Assembly (NCBI GenBank): GCA_963748825.1
Contig: CAVVKN010000010.1
Location: 140,760-204,759, forward strand
Direction: 5' to 3'
DNA from: Methanotrichaceae archaeon
GTDB lineage: Archaea; Halobacteriota; Methanosarcinia; Methanotrichales; Methanotrichaceae
Length of the DNA: 64,000 nucleotides
The position numbers were made by a program, and so were the translations under genes. The notes below the pieces were generated by a model. The model made no database searches, was not told where the DNA came from, and saw nothing but the letters and a program-made list of their open reading frames with translations. Each line of letters begins with the position of its first letter. Within the stretch, counting starts at the first letter, position 1. Shown one piece after another: positions 41,037 through 51,593 of this stretch.

Positions 41037-41888
41037 CTAATTGAACATCTCCAGCAGCCGTTCTACGATCTTGTTGAAGCTGCCGCCCGCATTCGTCTCA
41101 CTCTGCACAAATGACTGCCCTCGGTCGCCCAAGGCGCAGACACTGGGATCAATGGGAATTGCCCCCAGGAAGGGAACATCCATCTCCTCTGCCATTCTTT
41201 TCCCTCCGCCAGCACCGAAGATGCTTATGCTTTCGCCGCAATGCGGACAGTTCAGGCCGGACATATTCTCCACAATGCCCAGAACGGGGATCTTCATGGC
41301 CTTAACCATGTTCACCGCCTTTCGAGAGTCGAGCAGAGCGACCTCCTGGGGTGTGGTTACTATTATCGCCCCGGCCAGCTCGGGGATGAGCTGCACCACG
41401 GAAAGCGGCTCGTCAGAGGTTCCTGGCGGCAGATCAACGATGAGAAAGTCAAGATCACCCCAGTTCACATCCTGAATGAACTGCTTGATGGCGGCCATCT
41501 TCATGGGCCCGCGCCAGACCACGGGCGAGTCGCGGCTGGAGAGAATTAGAGCCATGGATGCCGCCTTTATGCCGTCCGCCTTTGCGGGCTCAATCCCATC
41601 TTGCCCTTGCATCAGCCTTGCATCCTCTATTCCGAGGAGCTTGGGAATATCCGGGCCGGTGATATCGGCATCCAGTATGCCCACTCGCATGCCCTTTATC
41701 TGCAGAGCGCGGGCCAGGTTAACAGAGACTGTACTCTTGCCTACGCCACCTTTGCCGCTGGCGATAATGATTTTGTGCTTGATTTTGGCCATGCGATCGA
41801 CTTTGTGCGTGCATTCTTTTCCATCATTCTGATCTTTGCAGGAGCCCTTTTGGGCACACGAATCGCAATCATTGTTCTGTTTTGTCAT
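41037..41888 (-). CDS. Mrp/NBP35 Fe-S cluster carrier ATPase
   Basis: N-terminal Cys cluster; SGKGGVGKS, DLPPGTSD, ENMS and CPHC motifs. Confidence 0.95.
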   Translation of the reverse strand: MTKQNNDCDSCAQKGSCKDQNDGKECTHKVDRMAKIKHKIIIASGKGGVGKSTVSVNLARALQIKGMRVGILDADITGPDIPKLLGIEDARLMQGQDGIEPAKADGIKAASMALILSSRDSPVVWRGPMKMAAIKQFIQDVNWGDLDFLIVDLPPGTSDEPLSVVQLIPELAGAIIVTTPQEVALLDSRKAVNMVKAMKIPVLGIVENMSGLNCPHCGESISIFGAGGGKRMAEEMDVPFLGAIPIDPSVCALGDRGQSFVQSETNAGGSFNKIVERLLEMFN

Positions 41889-41990
41889 GAGAGTCATTCC
41901 GCTAGTTGGCATGTAATTGGTTATTATGATTTGTATAACAATAGTTACAATTTATATTATTTATAACTTTCAATTTTAATCAGTTTTTGA

Positions 41991-42899
41991 TCATTGCTCG
42001 ATTGGATTTTCAGTTGCATGAAAATAGAGCTTGCCATTATGCTGCCTTCTGGATATCAGGCTGTCCTTCTCCATGATCTTGCAGTATTTGATGGCGTCGC
42101 TTCCGTCTATTTCCAGGTGGCGGCTTATCTCCTCTAGGGTGCAGGGCCTGGCAGAGAGAAGATCTATCAGCCTGTCTCGGATACGGGCGGGAACACTCCA
42201 GTCCCAGTCCGGTATCAACTCAGCACCGGGAAAGATCTCCAGCATCCTTTGCATCTCCTCCTCGCTCAGAGCTTGCACGGGCTCAGCCGGCGGCCGGACC
42301 ACCGTGTTGAGCTGAATCCTGTCCGGCTGGGTAGACTCAGCCGCCCTTGCGATCAATTCAGCCTCCTGGTCATTTATGCCCCTCACCAGCATCACCTCCA
42401 GCCAGATCTCGCCGGAAAATTCCTTCCGGAAGTCCTTTAAGCCCTGAATCATATCCTTCGCATAAAGACCGGATGCTGGCCTGTTGACGGCCAAAAAAGC
42501 CGCCTGGCTGGCTGCATCCAAGGACGGCAAGACCACATCCGCAGCCGCGATCTCTCTTCGAACCGAGGGGCTGGAGAGAAGGGTGCTATTGGTGATCACT
42601 GCCACGGGAGAGTCGACAATCTCCTTGGCCTGGGCCACGATCTCGCCCAGATCAAGGCTTAACGTCGGCTCTCCCGATCCGGCAAAGGTGAGGTGGTCGA
42701 AAGGCTCTCCCCGTCTCAGCTCGATCTCCTTCAAGACCTTCTGGCGGGGCACGAAACGATCCCGGCATGAGGTTAAACAGGCGGTCCGGCCCAGCTCACA
42801 GTAGACGCAATCCAGGTTGCAGGTCTTGTATTTGAGCAGGTCCACGCCCATGGACAGGCCCAGGCGCCGAGAGAGCACAGGCCCAAAGAGGTATCCCAT
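41991..42899 (-). CDS. Radical SAM protein with C-terminal HTH
   Basis: FGPVLSRRLG, CNLDCVYC and GSGEPTL motifs. Confidence 0.88.
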   Translation of the reverse strand: MGYLFGPVLSRRLGLSMGVDLLKYKTCNLDCVYCELGRTACLTSCRDRFVPRQKVLKEIELRRGEPFDHLTFAGSGEPTLSLDLGEIVAQAKEIVDSPVAVITNSTLLSSPSVRREIAAADVVLPSLDAASQAAFLAVNRPASGLYAKDMIQGLKDFRKEFSGEIWLEVMLVRGINDQEAELIARAAESTQPDRIQLNTVVRPPAEPVQALSEEEMQRMLEIFPGAELIPDWDWSVPARIRDRLIDLLSARPCTLEEISRHLEIDGSDAIKYCKIMEKDSLISRRQHNGKLYFHATENPIEQ

Positions 42900-43020
42900 A
42901 ATTATTTCCCGATCTGCATTTGTCCTTACTATTTATCCTTTCCAGATGATGACTGACCCTCATTCAGATTTAACTCTATTTATTTGCCCGTTCCTTCTTT
43001 TGATTTTGTCTTTTTTAGTC

Positions 43021-43075
43021 AAACGGCGGCGGCAAACCCCGCAGCAGAGCCTGCGGGCATACGAGGCGCCGCCGC
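43021..43075 (+). repeat. REP-like repeat copy 3
   Basis: aaacggcggcggcaaaccccgcagcagagcctgcgggcatac with outer stem ggcgccgccg. Confidence 0.65.
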
Positions 43076-43165
43076 ATGAAGACGGAAACAGGTAGCTGAT
43101 CTCTTCTGTCTTTCACATTCTCCTTACCGATAAAGCTTAAATTACAGCGCGCCTGAACAACCCGC

Positions 43166-44110
43166 ATGGACGAGGCTCTTGAACTGATCGAAAAGCTCGG
43201 GGCAAGCGATGACTACTTCGAACGCCAGAAGGCAGCTTGGGCCCTGGTGAATCTGGGAGAAGCCGCTGTAGACCAGGCTGCAAAAGCCCTGGAGAATGGC
43301 GAGTTTTCCGATCTGCGATACAAATCCGCCTGGGTTCTGGGAAAGATCGGCAGCTCCAGGGGAGTAGAGCCGCTCTGCCGGGCCATGCTCAATGATCCTG
43401 ATCAAGTGGTTCGCGAATGGTGCGCTGCTGCCCTAGAAGCTGTGAAGAGCCAGGATGCGGTTCCCGCACTGGTTTTAGCTATGAAACGGGACAGCTCCAA
43501 AGATGTGCGTCTGCGGGCGGCAATGTCACTGCGCAAGCTGGAGGCTGCAGAGGCCTTGCATGATCTCTTAAGCTATGCTGAGCCCGAGATCCGGGGCATG
43601 GCAGTGACTGGTCTTGCCAAGATCGGGCACCGGGAATCTCTGCAGGATGTGGCCCGGCTGATGCAGGATGAGGAAATGGAGGTTCGGCGCAGAGCTGCAG
43701 CCTTCATGGGAGAGGTGGCCTGTGATGAGGGCTTGAGCTGTCTGGCCCAGGCATTGCAGGACAGCGAGAGCGCCGTCAGGTGCGAGGCGCTAAAATCCCT
43801 GGGAAAGATAAAGGACGAGAGAGCCTCTGATCTAGCTTTGCAGGCCTTGAAAGATCAGGACTGGCAGGTTCGCTACACTGCCGTCATAGCCCTTGGCGAA
43901 ATCGGTCACAACAAAGCACTGGTGCCCCTGGTGGAGATCATGTTCGGGCAGGAGGATGAGGAGATGCGGGCCTGGGCAGCCTGGAGTCTGGGAGAGATTG
44001 GAGATGAGAGGGCGATAGAGCCGCTGCAGAAGGCCTACAAGACCTGTCCCACGGAAGTGATGAAGAAGGCCAAAGATTCGCTGGAAGAGGTTTTCGGGCT
44101 GAAGATTTGA
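43166..44110 (+). CDS. HEAT/PBS-lyase repeat protein
   Basis: Repeated VR..AA.ALG.IG...A...L units. Confidence 0.9.
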   Translation: MDEALELIEKLGASDDYFERQKAAWALVNLGEAAVDQAAKALENGEFSDLRYKSAWVLGKIGSSRGVEPLCRAMLNDPDQVVREWCAAALEAVKSQDAVPALVLAMKRDSSKDVRLRAAMSLRKLEAAEALHDLLSYAEPEIRGMAVTGLAKIGHRESLQDVARLMQDEEMEVRRRAAAFMGEVACDEGLSCLAQALQDSESAVRCEALKSLGKIKDERASDLALQALKDQDWQVRYTAVIALGEIGHNKALVPLVEIMFGQEDEEMRAWAAWSLGEIGDERAIEPLQKAYKTCPTEVMKKAKDSLEEVFGLKI

Positions 44111-44151
44111 CAGGTATTGACGAGGAAAAAAGGCAGGCTTTTAGAATTACA

Positions 44152-45159
44152 TCATTCCTCATAATAATAAGGCTCTGAAGATTGTTTAAGAGAAGAGGCC
44201 GCCTCAGGGACCACCTCGGGCTGCCTCTGAAGAACAATGTTTCGGTAGGGGTAGGGGATCTCTATCCCCTCAGCATCAAACCTTTTTTTAACCGCTTCGC
44301 GGATATCGCATCCTGTATCAAATGCTAATCCTCTATTAGGCACGTGGAATGTCAGCCGGAGATTTACGGCAAAGTCTCCCAGCTCCGTAAGGCGGACGTT
44401 GATCTCCTCATCCTTCAATACATGGGGATGCCGTTTGGTCTCCTCTATGATGATGCTTCGGGCCTTGTCGATGTCGGATGAGTAGCCTATTCCGAAATCA
44501 ACCGGCCAGATCGTCTCCGGGCTGCCGAGGCTCCAGTTGACGATATAGTCGCTGCTCATCAAACTGTTTGGGACTATTATCCTCCTCAGATCCCATGTGC
44601 AAACTATCGTATGCCTCAAAGTAAGATCCTCAATATGCCCGTATTCTCCTTTGAAGTCGACATAATCACCAATGCGGATTGGTTTAAAAATCACCAACAA
44701 GATTCCCGATATTACATTAGATAGAGAGTCTTGAGCAGCAAAACCTATGGCGAGGCCAGCTACACCTGCACCGGCCAGCATGGCGATAGCAACCCGATTC
44801 AAGGATGGTATCTGCAGTATTATCATTAAAATTCCAATTGTATATATTGCAGCAACTATCAGCCTGCGAGTCATGGCATGAGAGGTCTCATCGAACTCCT
44901 TGTCCATCTTGCTGGCTTCAAGGATTCGCGGGATGTGCTTTTTGAGCAACTCATCGACTATTCTGGCGATTAGGATAGTTGCAAGAATAATCACCAATAT
45001 AGAAAAAACGGTCGTGATGAGATCCCAGAGATTCGTTCCAAGAACTTTTTCGATATAATTTATGGAAAAATATTCTGTGATTGAGGCTGGCTCAGATACG
45101 GGGCTCTGTCCAATTAATTGAGTAGAAATTGCAGGATTCTTTACAACTGGATCGGCCAT
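44152..45159 (-). CDS. Small-conductance mechanosensitive channel (MscS family)
   Basis: AGAGVAGLAIGFAAQDSLSN..G, KPIRIGD, VPNS and GIEIPYP motifs. Confidence 0.92.
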   Translation of the reverse strand: MADPVVKNPAISTQLIGQSPVSEPASITEYFSINYIEKVLGTNLWDLITTVFSILVIILATILIARIVDELLKKHIPRILEASKMDKEFDETSHAMTRRLIVAAIYTIGILMIILQIPSLNRVAIAMLAGAGVAGLAIGFAAQDSLSNVISGILLVIFKPIRIGDYVDFKGEYGHIEDLTLRHTIVCTWDLRRIIVPNSLMSSDYIVNWSLGSPETIWPVDFGIGYSSDIDKARSIIIEETKRHPHVLKDEEINVRLTELGDFAVNLRLTFHVPNRGLAFDTGCDIREAVKKRFDAEGIEIPYPYRNIVLQRQPEVVPEAASSLKQSSEPYYYEE

Positions 45160-45216
45160 TAATCAAATTTCATCTACCGCAATACTTAAACGTTTTGTGA
45201 TCAAACAGTTTAAAAG

Positions 45217-46458
45217 ATGTTGCGTATAGTATTCAAACATAAGATAGATTTTAAAGACTCAAGGCGCAAAACGAGAAAGATATCATTTCCAGGCATTCTT
45301 CGTGTTTGCCTTCTGGCTCTGTTGGCATTCTTACTCGTATCGGCTACCATAACTTCGACAACATATATTGTCTCAGAAAAATCGGATGACTATTCCATTC
45401 AAAGCGCCATTAACAAGGCAAAGGAAGGAGATAGAGTCATTGTCAAGAGTGGAATCTATTCGGAAAGACTGAATATTACAAAAAAATTAATTATCATAGG
45501 TGTGGATACGGGAAAAGGATTGCCAGTAGTAAATGCAAATGAGAAAAATAGTGCGATAACTCTATTTGTGGATGGTATCTGGCTCGAGGGCTTCTCGGTC
45601 GTAAACTCAGGCAGCTCTTGGCAAGATGCAGGAATTAAGGTCTTCTCCAATAACAACCTTATTCGTGGAAATATTTTGAATAATAATTCTTATGGTATCT
45701 ATCTAAGAAATTCTGCAAATAATAGATTAGAATCCAATCTAGCCAGGGGAAATGATGTAGGCATTGCACTTCAATCCTCTAATAATAATATAATATCAAA
45801 TAATATTGCAACAAACAACTATTTTGCAGGATTTTTTTCAGGCAATTCGAGGAATAATACGATTAGAAATAATACAGGTCAGGCAAATGCCTGGGTGGGT
45901 TTCCTATTTAACGATACCGAAAATAGTTCGATTCAAGGAAATATTGCTGTCGAAAATGCTAACGCAGGCATTTGGATCCTGAATTCCAGATCGAATCAGA
46001 TAAAAGAGAATAACGCAAGCAATAGCCCCATATTTGGATTTGTCTTAGATGCATCATTCAATAATACTCTCTTTGGGAATACTGCATATAGAAACCTTGA
46101 CGGCATCAGCATGGATAGATCAAGCGGCAACATTATAATAAATAATAATATTAGTGATAATATCTTTGGTATGTACTTAGATAGGTCCAGCAATAATTCG
46201 ATTTATCTTAATAATTTCGTAGGAAATGCAATAAATGTTAATTCATATAGCTCCTCAAATCAATGGAACTCGGATAAAGCATTCAATTACCTGTATAAAG
46301 GCATGATATATTCGAACGACCTGGGAAATTTCTGGTGCGATTACGAAGGAAACGATACATATGAATCAGGGATCGGAAATACGGATTACGTTAAAGAATT
46401 CGTAAAAGATAGAAGACCTTTAGTCTCCAGGAAGGAATTCTATCAAATCCTGACGTAA
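45217..46458 (+). CDS. Parallel beta-helix (NosD/CASH) surface protein
   Basis: SIQSAIN, repeated GI.L..S.NN.I..N, GNFWCDY; Asn-rich and low GC. Confidence 0.88.
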   Translation: MLRIVFKHKIDFKDSRRKTRKISFPGILRVCLLALLAFLLVSATITSTTYIVSEKSDDYSIQSAINKAKEGDRVIVKSGIYSERLNITKKLIIIGVDTGKGLPVVNANEKNSAITLFVDGIWLEGFSVVNSGSSWQDAGIKVFSNNNLIRGNILNNNSYGIYLRNSANNRLESNLARGNDVGIALQSSNNNIISNNIATNNYFAGFFSGNSRNNTIRNNTGQANAWVGFLFNDTENSSIQGNIAVENANAGIWILNSRSNQIKENNASNSPIFGFVLDASFNNTLFGNTAYRNLDGISMDRSSGNIIINNNISDNIFGMYLDRSSNNSIYLNNFVGNAINVNSYSSSNQWNSDKAFNYLYKGMIYSNDLGNFWCDYEGNDTYESGIGNTDYVKEFVKDRRPLVSRKEFYQILT

Positions 46459-46482
46459 TATTCAATTCAACACATCAGCGAG

Positions 46483-47484
46483 CTATTTCTTCCTCAACAC
46501 GTGGCACGCTCCTCCGCCCTGCTTTTCAAAATAGTCCTGATGATACTCTTCCGCTGCATAGAAAGTCGAGGCCGGGACGATCTGGGTCGTGGCTTTGTTT
46601 AAGTAGACCCCGGAGCGGTCGAACTCCTCTTTGGATCTTTCTGCCGCCCCCCTCTGCTCCTCACTATGATAGAAGATGGCAGAGCGATACTGCGTGCCCA
46701 CATCCGGGCCCTGGCGGTTTTTTGTGGTTGGGTCATGCATCCTCCAGAATAAAGAGAGCAGCTCTTCATAGGATATTATCCCAGGATCAAATTTTAGCTG
46801 CACCGCCTCAGCATGGCCGGTAATTCCCGTGCAAACCTTCCGGTAGGTGGGGTCAGGAGAAGTTCCACCGGTGTAGCCCACGGTTGTCTCCACCACGCCT
46901 TTGGTCTGTTTAAAAAGGGATTCAACGCCCCAAAAGCAGCCGGCGGCAAAGGTGGCCGTCTGGAGCTCTGAATCAGCCTTTTCCGAGCCCCTGGATTTTT
47001 CATCGTTTTTGGTTGGATTCTGGCTGGATGGGTCCTGGCCAAACAGCTTCACGTATTCGCCGTAGCCCTCTTTTTCCAGATCCTCCACGGGAATAAAGCG
47101 CAAAGACGCGGAATTGATGCAGTAGCGAAGGCCCGTGGGCTTGGGCCCGTCATCGAATACATGTCCCAGGTGCGAATTGGCGTTCTTGCTGCGCACCTCT
47201 TCCCGGTTCATGCCGTAGCTGCTGTCCGTCTTGCTGACAACGTTTTCATCTTTCAAGGGCCTGGTGAAGCTGGGCCAGCCTGTTCCCGAGTCAAATTTAT
47301 CCTGCGAGCTGAATAGCGGTTCGCCGGATACCACATCCACATAGATGCCAGCCTTTTTGTTGTTCCAGAATTCGTTCTGGAAGGGCGGCTCTGTTCCGCA
47401 TTGCTGGGTCACATGGAACTGGAGGGGAGTCAGTTTCTTTTTGACATTTCCGTTCGAATTATCAGTGGTCACTTGCACACGCAC
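46483..47484 (-). CDS. msrAB: Bifunctional methionine sulfoxide reductase MsrB-MsrA
   Basis: MsrB GTEPPF, GWPSF, HLGHVF, RYCINS, followed by MsrA GCFWG, GHAE, QYRS, AEEYHQ. Confidence 0.95.
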   Translation of the reverse strand: MRVQVTTDNSNGNVKKKLTPLQFHVTQQCGTEPPFQNEFWNNKKAGIYVDVVSGEPLFSSQDKFDSGTGWPSFTRPLKDENVVSKTDSSYGMNREEVRSKNANSHLGHVFDDGPKPTGLRYCINSASLRFIPVEDLEKEGYGEYVKLFGQDPSSQNPTKNDEKSRGSEKADSELQTATFAAGCFWGVESLFKQTKGVVETTVGYTGGTSPDPTYRKVCTGITGHAEAVQLKFDPGIISYEELLSLFWRMHDPTTKNRQGPDVGTQYRSAIFYHSEEQRGAAERSKEEFDRSGVYLNKATTQIVPASTFYAAEEYHQDYFEKQGGGACHVLRKK

Positions 47485-47509
47485 ACCTCTCTTGAAAGTA
47501 TCATTTTTT

Positions 47510-48004
47510 TTACGTTTTAACCAGTAGTGCTACCTCATTTCGGCGCATGAAGGGCGGAGTCCAGGGAGGATTATAACGCATGACAAAGGGCTTGCCTTCT
47601 GTTTTGATCCCGTGCTCCTGCAAAGTTTGCTCCAGGACCCTCAGATTTTTTTCATCCTGCTCCGGGCCAGCAAATCCGGAAAATCTTATGACGGCCAATG
47701 TCCTGGAAGCAACGGATTCGATTTTTATCTGCTCGTCGGTGGGCTTGGGAAGGCTCAACAAATCATACCTCTTGGGCATGACAAAGGCCATGCGCTCCTC
47801 GTCCGTAACAACCGGCGCAGTCATTCCGATGCGCTCTTTATGGCTGTTATCTCCAAAGATGTAGCCTGCCAGAGTGCCAAAGGCCCCGTTCTCGCTTCCT
47901 TTAACGGTTGCCGCCCAAATCTGCGGCCGGTACTCTCTGATCTCAACATTGTTCTCCAGGCTCCCCAGAACGGTATAACCAGGCTCTTCAACTTTTGAGA
48001 ACAT
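47510..48004 (-). CDS. SOUL family heme-binding protein
   Basis: EIREY, LAGYIFG, IGMTAPV and [15 protein letters not shown] motifs. Confidence 0.9.
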   Translation of the reverse strand: MFSKVEEPGYTVLGSLENNVEIREYRPQIWAATVKGSENGAFGTLAGYIFGDNSHKERIGMTAPVVTDEERMAFVMPKRYDLLSLPKPTDEQIKIESVASRTLAVIRFSGFAGPEQDEKNLRVLEQTLQEHGIKTEGKPFVMRYNPPWTPPFMRRNEVALLVKT

Positions 48005-48240
48005 TTATGTCCATCCAGAATGATCGATCTCTGCAAACTATGCAATCATGGCCCCGAGGTCCAGGGCTTTGCATGGATGAGTTTTTCTTGATGATCAAGT
48101 GAATTATTTCGCCATATTGGGATAAATCCTTTTGGGCCTTGTTCTCTATTTTCAATGACCAGCCAATGCCAATCAAGGATTGAATTGATCTTCAGGCCAT
48201 GCCAGCTAGGACAATACCTACATCTTTTTTAATCGCTTTT

Positions 48241-48915
48241 TTAATCGCAGTATCCATATTCATTGCATGGTTCAGAGCAGCATTTGTCTTTGCAGGAATA
48301 CTGCCAGGATAAACACGTTTCTGGTGGGGTGCAGATATTCCTATAATTAGGCATCAATTGTATCGATTTAAATACATCCAAAAGCATTGGTGCATCCGTA
48401 TCGAATTGATCTGCTGGAGCATAGATCCCCGCGAGAAATTCCACTGTCGTACCATACCCCATCAGTTCATTTGTTACAATTGTAAAAGATCCTTTTGCAG
48501 GGATGCCATTAACTGAGAACGAACCGCGCATTGACTTTCCTGAAGCCAAAAAACCAGTATAAGAAGCAAACGCATTTGCTAAATCCTGATTATCTTCATA
48601 TCCGATAATTCTCATGTCTGTTACCTGACTATCTCCCAGACTGAAATCCTGTGGCATATAATTCTCCAAGTAAGTCTCAGGAGTGGTGTATGCCGGTAAC
48701 ATGTCGAAGCCTTGATGTAAACGGTTCAGGGCAATTATTCCTCTTGCTGGGTTAGTAGAATCTGATGCAGCTATCCCGCAGCATCCCATGCCAACAATGC
48801 TCCAGCCCTCTGGCGCAGAAATAGTATAATATACCACTCCCGGGGGACAATCCATATCTCCCATGCATGTGCCCGCAGTCGCCATCAGAAGCATCAATGA
48901 TAATATGTATTTCAC
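48241..48915 (-). CDS. Secreted hypothetical protein with Cys-rich tail
   Basis: GGAGG RBS, signal peptide, C-terminus CTPPETCLSWQYSCKDKCCSEPCNEYGYCD. Confidence 0.7.
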   Translation of the reverse strand: MKYILSLMLLMATAGTCMGDMDCPPGVVYYTISAPEGWSIVGMGCCGIAASDSTNPARGIIALNRLHQGFDMLPAYTTPETYLENYMPQDFSLGDSQVTDMRIIGYEDNQDLANAFASYTGFLASGKSMRGSFSVNGIPAKGSFTIVTNELMGYGTTVEFLAGIYAPADQFDTDAPMLLDVFKSIQLMPNYRNICTPPETCLSWQYSCKDKCCSEPCNEYGYCD

Positions 48916-49378
48916 GATTTATCCTCCCATTATTGCCATTCCATAGATATTCTCAAAATAAATACTTAAAAACGTCGGATGTGAAATAGAGACTTCAATA
49001 ACGCAGCCAGACAATGTCTCATATGTTTTTGCTTGATATTTGTTATTATCAAAAAAGGGAAGACAATGCACTCAAATCCCTGGGTTGGACCTGCGAAGCC
49101 ATGCTGCCTTCGCCAAAGAAATTGCTCATACTGGTTCACCCCAACGAAAATATCTTCGACTTGCGTTGTCCCTTTGAGTGGACTACACCCCTAATAGTAG
49201 ACAGATAGTTAAGCAATGATATTTAAATCAACTTCCTGTTCGAATTCAAAAACCAATGCAATTCTAAAAGCCATTGAAGCTAAGTCGCAGCCATTGCAAT
49301 TCCTCTGACTTCAGAAATTGATGGTTTTGGGATCACCAAGGATAAATATCCAGCCGTCCTATTGTTAATTGGTTTTTT

Positions 49379-50378
49379 ATGAGGCAGTTTGCAAAGCCGA
49401 AGGTGGTTATCAGCAAGTGCATCGAGTTTGACCATTGCCGGTACGATGGCAGCATGATCCCCAGCGATTTCGTCCAAGCTCTAAAGCCCTATGTAGACTT
49501 CCTTCCCGTTTGCGCCGAAATGGAGATTGGCCTTGGAGTTCCCAGAGATACTGTGAGGATTGTATCGGTTGACAGTGAGATCAGGCTCATGCAGCCGGCC
49601 AAAAACCTTGATGTAACAGACAAGATGATGGACTTTTCCAACCGCTTCCTGGCCTCCTTGCCGGAGGTGGATGGCTTCATTCTCAAGTTCCACTCGCCAT
49701 CTTGCGGCATGAAGGATATCAAAGTCTATTCCTCCGCAGCCAAGTCGGGAGCAACATCTAAAGCGACAGGCTTCTTTGGAGGAGCCGTGGTCAAGTCGTT
49801 TCCCGATCTTGCCATAGAGGATGAAGGCAGACTGAGAAATTTTAATATCAGAGAGCACTTCCTGACCAAACTTTATGCCCTGGCAAGCTTCCGGAAAGTC
49901 AGAAGTGAGGGTGAGGTTTCCGGTTTAGTTCAATTCCAGGAAGCCAATAAATTTCTGCTGATGGCTCATAGCCAGAAGGAGAGCCGGATTTTGGGAAATA
50001 TTGTCGCAAATCACGAAGGCCTGGATTATGCAAAGCAGGCTGCTCATTACAGGGAGCATCTGGCAAAAGCGCTCCACAGGCCGCCTAAGAGCAGCATTAA
50101 AGGCCAATGTGTTCATGCATTGCCTGGGATATTTTAAAGATAAACTCTCTTTGCAGGAGAAGGAGCATTTCCTGCAGAGCATCGAGAGATACAAGAATAA
50201 GAAAATTCCCTCAAGCGTTCTGCTGGCTATGCTGCAGAGCTGGATAGTTCGCTTCAGCGAGGAATATGTAAAGAATCAGACCTTCTTTGAGCCTTTCCCT
50301 GAGGAGCTTGTAGAGCTTTGCAGAGATTCGCAATGCGAATGGGCGGGAGAAGAGCTCTTCCTGGGCCGAGGGGTGTAA
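49379..50378 (+). pseudogene. DUF523 (2-thiouracil desulfurase-like)-DUF1722 (YbgA) fusion, frameshifted near 50100
   Basis: ISKC, RYDG, VCAE.EIGLGVPR, SPSCG, EDEGRL; the C-terminal NV..H..GYFK and QTFFEPFP lie in another frame; one extra A at 50099-50101. Confidence 0.8.
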
Positions 50379-50381
50379 AAT

Positions 50382-51008
50382 TTGGATAACTTTTCCGTCT
50401 ATGTGGCTCTTTATCTTGTCGGCTTCGCAGCCTTGCACAGTCTTCTGGTCAGCCTGCCGGCAAAGAAGATGGCGAGAAAGCACTTCGGCTCCAAGGTAGA
50501 TCCCTGGTACCCTATGTTCTTCAGCACTATTGCAGTTATTACTATCCTTCCTCTTGTGATTATGCTAATCCGGTCTCCCGGCCCGGTGCTTTATATCGTT
50601 CCCCGGCCATGGATCTGGCTTTTCTTTCTGGCCCAGCTCCTCATGGGAATTGCCACTATGAGGGCTTTCCTGGACGCGCCTCACCGGTTCCTGATTCGTG
50701 CTCAGCTTACCAAGCCCCAAAGCCCGGATGCATTTGCTCTGGGGATAAAAGGGATCTATTGCTGGATTCGTGATCCTTTTCTGCTGTCCGGCCTTATCCT
50801 CATCTGGCTCACGCCCTTTATGACCGAGAACCTATTTTTGGTTTACCTCATAGCCTCCGTCTACCTATTCCTGGGCTCGCTTCATTGGGAGAGCAGGCTT
50901 CTCATTCAGTTCGGCGAGGATTACGTCGCTTACCAGAATGAAGTTCCACGCATGATTCCCCATAGAAATAAAAGGTGGAAAGGATGCCGCAGCAAAGACA
51001 AAAGATAG
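50382..51008 (+). CDS. Membrane methyltransferase-like protein (NnrU/ICMT/MddA-like)
   Basis: FAALHS, GIYCWIRDP and ESRL..FGEDY..YQ..VP motifs; multi-TM. Confidence 0.75.
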   Translation: MDNFSVYVALYLVGFAALHSLLVSLPAKKMARKHFGSKVDPWYPMFFSTIAVITILPLVIMLIRSPGPVLYIVPRPWIWLFFLAQLLMGIATMRAFLDAPHRFLIRAQLTKPQSPDAFALGIKGIYCWIRDPFLLSGLILIWLTPFMTENLFLVYLIASVYLFLGSLHWESRLLIQFGEDYVAYQNEVPRMIPHRNKRWKGCRSKDKR

Positions 51009-51103
51009 CATTCTTTCTAAAATATAGTCTAAATAGATCCATTAACTTTAAATCTTTCAAACGCGTAATTATATGACTGTTTAGATTATGGGTAGGTGGA
51101 AGA

Positions 51104-51385
51104 ATGGCAAGTACTTTAGACGAATATAAAAGGCTCTTTCGAGAGGCTCACGTCTCGGACCAGATGAAACTGTTCCAGCTTCACATTGCAATCTATCTGG
51201 TAGTGAACATAATTTGGCTGGCCCTAAACATGATGGGCACGATCATGATTACTCCAGTCTGGGCAATGTATTACTCTCCGGTTGGATGGGGTCTGCTAGT
51301 AATCGTACACTACTGGTTCTACGTCCGCGGCGCAGAGAACCTATGCAAGCTCAGGGAAGAGATGGTGGAGAGAAAGATCAAATAG
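51104..51385 (+). CDS. 2TM domain small membrane protein
   Basis: F.LH...YLVVN..W...N and W......GWG....H pattern. Confidence 0.75.
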   Translation: MASTLDEYKRLFREAHVSDQMKLFQLHIAIYLVVNIIWLALNMMGTIMITPVWAMYYSPVGWGLLVIVHYWFYVRGAENLCKLREEMVERKIK

Positions 51386-51593
51386 ATCCGAATATCGCCT
51401 CTGACGCTTCTTCTATTTTTCAGACTACTTGAGATCAATTGGCGCGGGGGGGATGTAGAACAGACTTCAAAACCCATGTGCGTTATCGCTAGCGTTTTTG
51501 GTTTGAATCTGACGAAGATGGGTAATAAACAAAAAATTATGTTTGAGCTTTTGGCGAATAGAAAAGGCGGTAAATAAGAGAGAAGTGATGCGG

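Noticed and set aside
51460-51512. Hairpin between the convergent 2TM gene and ychF
   Set aside because: A single imperfect stem with no second copy; insufficient support for an RNA gene.
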